From contig CAVXLB010000001.1 of assembly GCA_963762625.1 (NCBI GenBank), positions 2,941,392 to 2,973,391 on the forward strand: DNA of 32,000 nucleotides. Direction: 5' to 3'. Below the pieces are notes generated by a model, which ran no database searches, was not told the origin of the DNA, and saw only the letters and a program-made list of their open reading frames with translations. The translations under genes were made by a program, and so were the position numbers. The stretch comes from an uncultured Actinomycetota bacterium (lineage in GTDB: Bacteria > Actinomycetota > Actinomycetes > Mycobacteriales > Mycobacteriaceae). Below are positions 25,162 to 32,000 of the stretch, piece after piece (position 1 is the stretch's first letter; each line of letters starts with the position of its first letter).

Positions 25162-25335
25162 AGGGCAGTTGCTAGAGCCCAAGCGGCCGGAGTACACACG
25201 ACCTTTCAATCGTGGGCGCACGGATTTCACGTGTGGCCGGTCTATGTGTCCACGGGACTACCCGAGGCCGCGCTCGCGATCCAGGACCTGGCTGCCTTCC
25301 TGAAGGTCCACGCAGGTAATACCGTAGAACGGTGA
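25162..25335 (+). pseudogene. Probable C-terminal remnant of an alpha/beta-hydrolase (HSL-type esterase)
   Basis: RAVARAQAAGVHTTFQSWAHGFHVWPVYVSTGLPEAALAIQDLAAFLKVH resembles the esterase C-terminus pattern AGV...HGF...PEA...FL, which includes the catalytic His. No upstream hydrolase body is present in any frame. Confidence 0.35.
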
Positions 25336-25351
25336 CCGGGGTGCAGCAGCC

Positions 25352-25759
25352 ATGACAAGCGATTCAACGACCACACTCGGCGAGCAGAGTTTCGTCTCGC
25401 TGACCACGTTCAAGCGCAACGGAGAGGGCGTGTCGGCGCCGATGTGGATCGGCCGTGATGGCGCCGACCTTTTCATGTGGACCCCGGCGGACAGCTGGAA
25501 AGTCAAACGGGTCCGCAACAATCCACGCATCCTGTTGGCACCGAGCAGCCGGTCTGGAAAGGTGCGCGACGGTGTCACGCCCGTGGACGGCACCGCACAA
25601 GTGATCGCCGATCCGGCGACGGTGAATCGGCTCCAGGGCGCGATACGCAGCAAGTACGGCGTGCAGTATTACCTGGTGACGCTGATCGAGAAGATCGCGG
25701 CCGGCGGACGGCCCAAGCCGCGGGTCATCCTGCGGATTGTGGTTGCTTCTCCAGGGTGA
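25352..25759 (+). CDS. PPOX-class (pyridoxamine-5'-phosphate-oxidase fold) probable F420-dependent enzyme
   Basis: SFVSLTTFKRNGEGVSAPMWIGRDGADLFMWT...KVKRVRNNPRILLAP follows the Rv2061-type pattern. Confidence 0.7.
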   Translation: MTSDSTTTLGEQSFVSLTTFKRNGEGVSAPMWIGRDGADLFMWTPADSWKVKRVRNNPRILLAPSSRSGKVRDGVTPVDGTAQVIADPATVNRLQGAIRSKYGVQYYLVTLIEKIAAGGRPKPRVILRIVVASPG

Positions 25760-26606
25760 ACTGGTTGACGTCGATGTAGCCGGTACGGAATGCCTTGGCG
25801 CAGCCGGTCAGATACTTCATGTAGCGCTCGTAGACCTCTTCGGACTGGATCTCGATGGCCTCGTCCTGGTGCTTCTCGAGAGCTTCGGCCCACAGGTCGA
25901 GGGTTCTGGCGTAATGCAGCTGCAGCGACTGGTTGCGGCTGAGCGTGAAACCCGCTTTCGCCGAGTGGTCCTCCACCATCTCGATAGTCGGCAGCCGGCC
26001 GCCCGGGAAGATCTCGGTGGACATGAACTTGATGAAGCGGGCCAGCTCGAAAGAAATCGGCAACCCGCGTTGTTCGATCTGTTTACCCGTCAGCCCGGTG
26101 ATCGTGTGCAGCAGCATAACGCCGTCGGCGGGCAGCACGCCGGAAGCCATCGTGAAGAAGTCGTCATAGCGATCGTGGCCGAAGTGCTCGAACGCACCGA
26201 TGGACACGATGCGGTCGACGGGTTCGTCGAATAGTTCCCAGCCGTTGAGCAACACCCGCCTGCTGCGCGGGCTGTCCATCTTGTCGAACGATTTCTGCAC
26301 GTGAGCGGCCTGGTTCTTGGACAGCGTCAGGCCGACGACGTTGACGTCATATTTCTCGATCGCCCGGCGAACGGTGGCGCCCCAGCCGCAGCCGATGTCG
26401 AGCAGCGTCATGCCGGCCTGCAGGCCCAGCTTCCCCAGCGCCAGGTCGATCTTGGCGATCTGGGCCTGTTCCAGCGTCATGTCCTCGCGCTCGAAGTAGG
26501 CGCAGCTGTAGGTCTGGCTGGGATCCAGAAACAGGCGGAAAAAGTCGTCGGATAAGTCGTAATGTGCCTGCACATCGGCGAAATGCGGCTTCAGCTTTTG
26601 AGTCAT
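25725..26606 (-). CDS. Cyclopropane mycolic acid synthase family SAM-dependent methyltransferase (CmaA/PcaA/MmaA paralogue)
   Basis: LKPHFADVQAHYDLSDDFFRLFLDPSQTYSCAYFEREDMTLEQAQIAKIDLALGKLGL...LLDIGCGWGAT...VSIGAFEHFG...YMKYLTGCA closely follows the M. tuberculosis CmaA1 and PcaA sequences as I remember them. I chose ATG 26606. Confidence 0.9.
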   Translation of the reverse strand: MTQKLKPHFADVQAHYDLSDDFFRLFLDPSQTYSCAYFEREDMTLEQAQIAKIDLALGKLGLQAGMTLLDIGCGWGATVRRAIEKYDVNVVGLTLSKNQAAHVQKSFDKMDSPRSRRVLLNGWELFDEPVDRIVSIGAFEHFGHDRYDDFFTMASGVLPADGVMLLHTITGLTGKQIEQRGLPISFELARFIKFMSTEIFPGGRLPTIEMVEDHSAKAGFTLSRNQSLQLHYARTLDLWAEALEKHQDEAIEIQSEEVYERYMKYLTGCAKAFRTGYIDVNQFTLEKQPQSAG

Positions 26607-26713
26607 TTGCTTGGGTGCCTTTCCGGACCCGGAGCCCCCCGGGCGGCATACCCGCGGTGGGATGCCGCGACGAGGGTACCCCCGCAGACTCAGGCCCAAC
26701 CATCCGATTATTG

Positions 26714-26734
26714 CCGCGCACAGGAGTTGCGCGG
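26714..26734 (-). terminator. Hairpin (7-bp GC-rich stem, 7-nt loop) about 60 nt downstream of the PPE stop; candidate U-tail-less terminator
   Basis: CCGCGCA at 26714-26720 pairs with TGCGCGG at 26728-26734. No T tract follows. Confidence 0.3.
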
Positions 26735-26793
26735 TCTCGATGACACGTATTCGCCCACGTTTCGGTTCAACGTGTCCGCGATCGGTTATGAGA

Positions 26794-28146
26794 TCAGTGC
26801 GCGAGCAGGCGCCGTTTCTGCTCGGTGAACTCCTCTTCGGTGAGGATCCCCGAGTCACGCAGGGAGGCCAATTCGCGTAGTTCGGCAGCGATGCTCGTGA
26901 TCGGGCCGCCTGCCCGAACCTGTGGCGGTTCACTCGGCTGCGGCGGTTCACCCGGCGTACCCGTAGGTGCCCCGATCGGCTCCTTGGGCCGCGGGGCACT
27001 TGTGCCAGCAGTCCCGGCCATCGCGCGCCCCGCCATGCCCGCCGCGGCCATCTGACCCCACAGGCTTCCGGCGCCGCCGGCGGAAGCGCCCGCGGCTGCG
27101 CTCACGCTGGTGGCCGGCAATGGCAAGGCAAATGAGCGCATCGCCGGGGCCGCCTCAGCCCAACCGGCCGGCACCGACAACTTCCCGATCGTGTTCGCCT
27201 CCCCCAGTCCCGCCGCAACCGGCGAGCCCAGGTTTGTGATCACCGGAAACTGCGTCGGTGGCGCCGCGGCTTGTCCGGGCCAAGGCTGAACCCCCGCCCA
27301 GCCGCTGACAATGTCATCCGTGTGGAAACCCGTCAGGGCACCGGCCACGTCGAAGGGAAGAGACGTCAACGACACCGGTGAGTCGATACCAAGCCCGGCC
27401 AGGCTGGCCGGTAAGTCGAAGAAAATTGCGATCAAATCGCTCGCTACGTCCAGCACGTCCAACGGGCTTGCCGCGGCAGTGGTTGGCGCTGCCGATGCAA
27501 GGTTGGTTAGCGCGGCGGGCACAGCGGAGAAGGCTTGCTGTGCCGAAGCGACGACGTTCTGCGCGTTGCCCGCGGGGGTGCCGGTGGCTTGGGTTACCGC
27601 TGCCGATTGGCCCGCGTCCTGCTCGGTGTTCTGCGGTGGTGACGTGAACGGCGTCAGCGTCGTGGCCGACGCCGATGAACTCGCGTAGCCCAGCATTGCT
27701 CCGGTGTCCTGGGCCCACATCTCCGCGTACTGCGTTTCGGTGGTCGCGATCGCCGGGGTGTTCTGCCCGAAGATGTTCGTCGTCACCAGCGCCATCAGCA
27801 GGCTGCGGTTGGCCAATACCACTGGCGGCGGCACGGTTTCCGCGAACGCCGTCTCGTAGGCGGCGGCCGCCACTTTGGCCTGGTTGGCCGCCTGTTCGGC
27901 CTGCACGGCGGCGCTCCGCGTCCACGCCACATACGGGGCGGCCGCGGCAGCCATCGATGCGGAAGCCGGTCCCAGCCAGGGCCCCGCGGTCAATCCCGCG
28001 ATCACCGATTGATACGAGCTCGCTGTTGAATTCAGGTCGGCGGCCAAGGTGGCCCACGCCGTCGCAGCGGCCAGCATCGGTCCCGAGCCGGGGCCGGAAT
28101 AGATCCGGGCAGAGTTGATCTCCGGCGGCACTATCGCGAAGTCCAT
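26794..28146 (-). CDS. PPE family protein, SVP subgroup, with a C-terminal SHOCT-like motif
   Basis: [24 protein letters not shown]...GPWLGPAS contains the WxG motif. GKLSVPAGW is the SVP motif. A Pro-rich spacer follows, then [36 protein letters not shown] 28146 is preceded by GGGGAGGAA. Confidence 0.9.
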   Translation of the reverse strand: MDFAIVPPEINSARIYSGPGSGPMLAAATAWATLAADLNSTASSYQSVIAGLTAGPWLGPASASMAAAAAPYVAWTRSAAVQAEQAANQAKVAAAAYETAFAETVPPPVVLANRSLLMALVTTNIFGQNTPAIATTETQYAEMWAQDTGAMLGYASSSASATTLTPFTSPPQNTEQDAGQSAAVTQATGTPAGNAQNVVASAQQAFSAVPAALTNLASAAPTTAAASPLDVLDVASDLIAIFFDLPASLAGLGIDSPVSLTSLPFDVAGALTGFHTDDIVSGWAGVQPWPGQAAAPPTQFPVITNLGSPVAAGLGEANTIGKLSVPAGWAEAAPAMRSFALPLPATSVSAAAGASAGGAGSLWGQMAAAGMAGRAMAGTAGTSAPRPKEPIGAPTGTPGEPPQPSEPPQVRAGGPITSIAAELRELASLRDSGILTEEEFTEQKRRLLAH

Positions 28147-28326
28147 GCCGTTCCTCCCCATCGGTGACGGGCCGCCGAAATTCTGGCAAACACCCGATTA
28201 GGGAATATTAGGCGGCGCAACGACCCCAGCAGCAAAAACTGGGCCTGCGATCGCCTGCTACCCCGCCACGGCGGGCAACCCGGAGTACCGGTGGTGAGAG
28301 TGGCCACCGTCATGTAGAAGAGTCTG

Positions 28327-29370
28327 GTGGAGGATTCGCCCCCCGGTTCGTTCGATTCGTCAACCCTGCGCGACGCGATGGCGCGCCGGTTGCATCGTCG
28401 GTCGGTGGTCTCGGGGCAGATCACCGTGCCGGCGGTTCCGGCCATGATCGACGAATACGTCAAGATGTGTGAAAACGTCTGTGCGATCGTGGGTGCCGAG
28501 AAGACGGCGGAAGAACATGCTGGGCTCAAAGCGTGGATTGAAGCCGAATTGGCCCGTGCCTATGCCGCCTCCCAGCGTTCGAACATCGTCATCGCGTACC
28601 ACTCGCCATTCGGCATCGGGATGACTTTTCGTATTACCTCCGAGTGGTTGACGGTCGCGGGTGACTACGACACCTGGGTCGGCAACCGCGAGGGGTCACT
28701 TTTCGGCACCGCGGCGGACGCGCGGGTGTGGACGCTGGCCGCGGAAGCGGCCGATCCGACCATCTATCGGGTGCTGGATATCGGTGCGGGAACGGGGCGC
28801 AACGCGCTGGCACTGGCTCGACGCGGCCACCCAGTGGACGCGGTGGAGATGACCCCGAAGTTCGCCGAAATCATTCGTGCTGAGGCGGAACGGGAATCGC
28901 TTGATGTAAGCGTCATCGAGAGCGACGCCTTCGACACCATGGATGGTGTTCGCGACGACTATCAGCTGATCGTGGCCTCCGAGGTGGTGCCCGACTTCCG
29001 CTCGACGCAGGAGCTACGCGGCGTGCTCGAACTCGCAACCGACTGTCTGGCTCCCGGTGGACGACTGGTGTTCAACGCCTTCTTGGCGCGCCAGGGCTAT
29101 ACGCCTGATAACGCTGCGCTGGAGCTCGGGCAGCAGGTCAACACCATGATCTTCACTCGCGAAGAGATGACGAGCGCGACGGCCCAGCTGCCCCTCGAGC
29201 TCGTTGCCGACGACTCCGCCGCCGAGTTCGAGGAAGCCCATCTGCCGCAAGGCGCCTGGCCGCCCACGAACTGGTTCGTCGGCTGGGCCAATGGCCTCGA
29301 CTTGTTCGACGTCGCGGCTGAAGAATCCCCGATCGAGTTGCGTTGGCTCGTCTACCAGAAGGCGGCCTAG
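28327..29370 (+). CDS. Class I SAM-dependent methyltransferase with an N-terminal extension of about 130 aa
   Basis: YRVLDIGAGTGRNALALARRGHPVDAVEMTP is motif I. VASEVVPDF and LAPGGRLVFNAF are also present. The GTG 28327 start is uncertain. Confidence 0.75.
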   Translation: MEDSPPGSFDSSTLRDAMARRLHRRSVVSGQITVPAVPAMIDEYVKMCENVCAIVGAEKTAEEHAGLKAWIEAELARAYAASQRSNIVIAYHSPFGIGMTFRITSEWLTVAGDYDTWVGNREGSLFGTAADARVWTLAAEAADPTIYRVLDIGAGTGRNALALARRGHPVDAVEMTPKFAEIIRAEAERESLDVSVIESDAFDTMDGVRDDYQLIVASEVVPDFRSTQELRGVLELATDCLAPGGRLVFNAFLARQGYTPDNAALELGQQVNTMIFTREEMTSATAQLPLELVADDSAAEFEEAHLPQGAWPPTNWFVGWANGLDLFDVAAEESPIELRWLVYQKAA

Positions 29371-29402
29371 AACCAAGTCAGCCGAGGTACCGGAGGCATC
29401 TG

Positions 29403-29951
29403 ATGGGCGACATGGAACCGAACCGGCGATCGCTTCTGCTCGCGGCGCCACTGTTGCTTGCGACGGTCGCCGCCGGCGACAAGCCCGGCGATATGGGAGA
29501 CCTGGCGTTGTCGCCGGCACCCGCAACTGGCCCGGATCCCGACGAAACGTTCACCCTCCCCTACGAGAACATGAGTTTCGAATCATGGGGCGGCTTGCCG
29601 CCACATAGCGGCGAAATGGCGAAGCTGTACGGAGATTTCGACCAGCCGGGGCCGTACCTGGTCATGATGAAATGGAATCCGGGTTGGTTCAGCGCGCCCC
29701 ATTCCTATGCCACCGACCGGATTCAGGTGGTGGTGTCCGGCACCTGGTTCGTCAACAGCGGGAATGATTTTCAGCCGCAGGACGCGGTTCCGGTCGGGCG
29801 TGGTGGCTACGTAAAGCGGACCGCACGTACCCCGCACTACGATGGCGTGCCGGCACACCACCGCGACCCGGCCGTGATCGCAATCTTCGGGCTTGGTCCG
29901 GTGGATATGCAACTGATCGACCCGACGCAGCCCTCGTGGCGTCAGCTGTGA
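29403..29951 (+). CDS. Exported cupin-like protein with a Tat-type signal
   Basis: The N-terminus MGDMEPNRRSLLLAAPLLLATVAA has a twin-arginine followed by a hydrophobic stretch. The body WNPGWFSAPHSYATDRIQVVVSGTWF is cupin-like. Confidence 0.6.
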   Translation: MGDMEPNRRSLLLAAPLLLATVAAGDKPGDMGDLALSPAPATGPDPDETFTLPYENMSFESWGGLPPHSGEMAKLYGDFDQPGPYLVMMKWNPGWFSAPHSYATDRIQVVVSGTWFVNSGNDFQPQDAVPVGRGGYVKRTARTPHYDGVPAHHRDPAVIAIFGLGPVDMQLIDPTQPSWRQL

Positions 29952-30012
29952 CAGCAGGGCCTAGTGCACGCCAAGTTCACCGAGTTTTTATGCGCACGGC
30001 TTCGACGAAGTC

Positions 30013-30041
30013 TTGACTGATTCCAGAAAAGACGCCATATT
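30013..30041 (+). promoter_or_regulatory. furA promoter: -35 TTGACT, 17-nt spacer, -10 CATATT
   Basis: TTGACT is at 30013-30018 and CATATT at 30036-30041. The AT-rich segment TGATTCCAGAAAAGA lies between them. The furA start codons ATG 30045 and GTG 30048 begin 4-7 nt after the -10 element. Confidence 0.65.
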
Positions 30042-30044
30042 GGC

Positions 30045-30488
30045 ATGGTGTCGTCACCGGCGGAGTTCGCAGAACAGCTGCGGATGGCCGATCTGCGTGT
30101 CACTCGTCCCCGGATTGCCGTGCTAGAGGCCGTGCACGCCCATCCGCACGCCGACACCGAGACCATTTTCTCGGCGGTGCGGAGCGGCTTGCCCGAGGTT
30201 TCTCGTCAGGCCGTGTACGACGTACTGGGAGCGTTGACGACGGTCGGTCTGGTTCGCCGGATCCAGCCGTCGGGCTTGGTCGCTCGCTATGAGTCCCGGG
30301 TCGGCGACAACCACCACCACGTCGTATGCCGGGCGTGCGGGGTTATCGCCGACATCGACTGCGCGGTCGGCGACGCACCCTGCTTGACTCCGTCGGACGA
30401 CAACAACGTTCTGGATGGCTTCGTTCTTGATGAGGCCGAGGTCGTCTACTGGGGCCTGTGCCCCGAATGTTCGACTGCAGATTCCTGA
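30045..30488 (+). CDS. furA: Ferric uptake regulator family protein FurA (peroxide-responsive)
   Basis: LRVTRPRIAVLEAV...AVYDVLGALT...HHHHVVCRACG...CPEC. It lies directly upstream of katG. Confidence 0.9.
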   Translation: MVSSPAEFAEQLRMADLRVTRPRIAVLEAVHAHPHADTETIFSAVRSGLPEVSRQAVYDVLGALTTVGLVRRIQPSGLVARYESRVGDNHHHVVCRACGVIADIDCAVGDAPCLTPSDDNNVLDGFVLDEAEVVYWGLCPECSTADS

Positions 30489-30500
30489 TCACAGCCGTGA

Positions 30501-32000
<1,500 letters not shown>

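Noticed and set aside
26607-26999. N-terminal extension of the 424-aa ORF 25725..26999
   Set aside because: CmaA-family homology begins at MTQKLKPHF (ATG 26606). The extension crosses an intergenic hairpin region and overlaps the PPE gene 3' end.
28147-28326. Possible riboswitch (for example an M-box) in the PPE 5' region
   Set aside because: Only short hairpins are present (CGGTGG/CCACCG at 28288-28308, and CCCGCC/GGCGGG). I could not see any conserved riboswitch core sequence.

Overview
High-GC segment from a slow-growing Mycobacterium. The assignment rests on PE and PPE genes with YxxxE and WxG secretion motifs, two DUF732 genes, a cutinase, a mycolic-acid cyclopropane-synthase paralogue, furA-katG, and MazEF and VapBC modules. 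I support about 40 protein-coding genes, mostly ordinary metabolic, regulatory and envelope functions. These include an ABC1 kinase, two TetR regulators with palindromic operators, FKBP, CitE, G6PD, class I aldolase, a 2-hydroxyacid dehydrogenase, two tandem GT1 glycosyltransferases, two methyltransferases and a DMT transporter. I found no rRNA, tRNA, CRISPR array or intact mobile element. One accessory, decaying patch lies at about 12.2-14.4 kb. It holds a MarR remnant, a DDE-transposase remnant, and a PE-fused aspartic protease broken by an in-frame TAG and a homopolymer frameshift. I did not find a convincing multi-gene novel system. The items most worth a second look are the broken PecA-like PE protease with a duplicated linker, a PPE-SVP protein ending in a SHOCT-like motif, a membrane-anchored Mrr-type nuclease with an unassigned C-terminal half, and the mosaic tandem glycosyltransferase pair. 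All calls come from reading the supplied translations and the sequence by eye; no database search was run.
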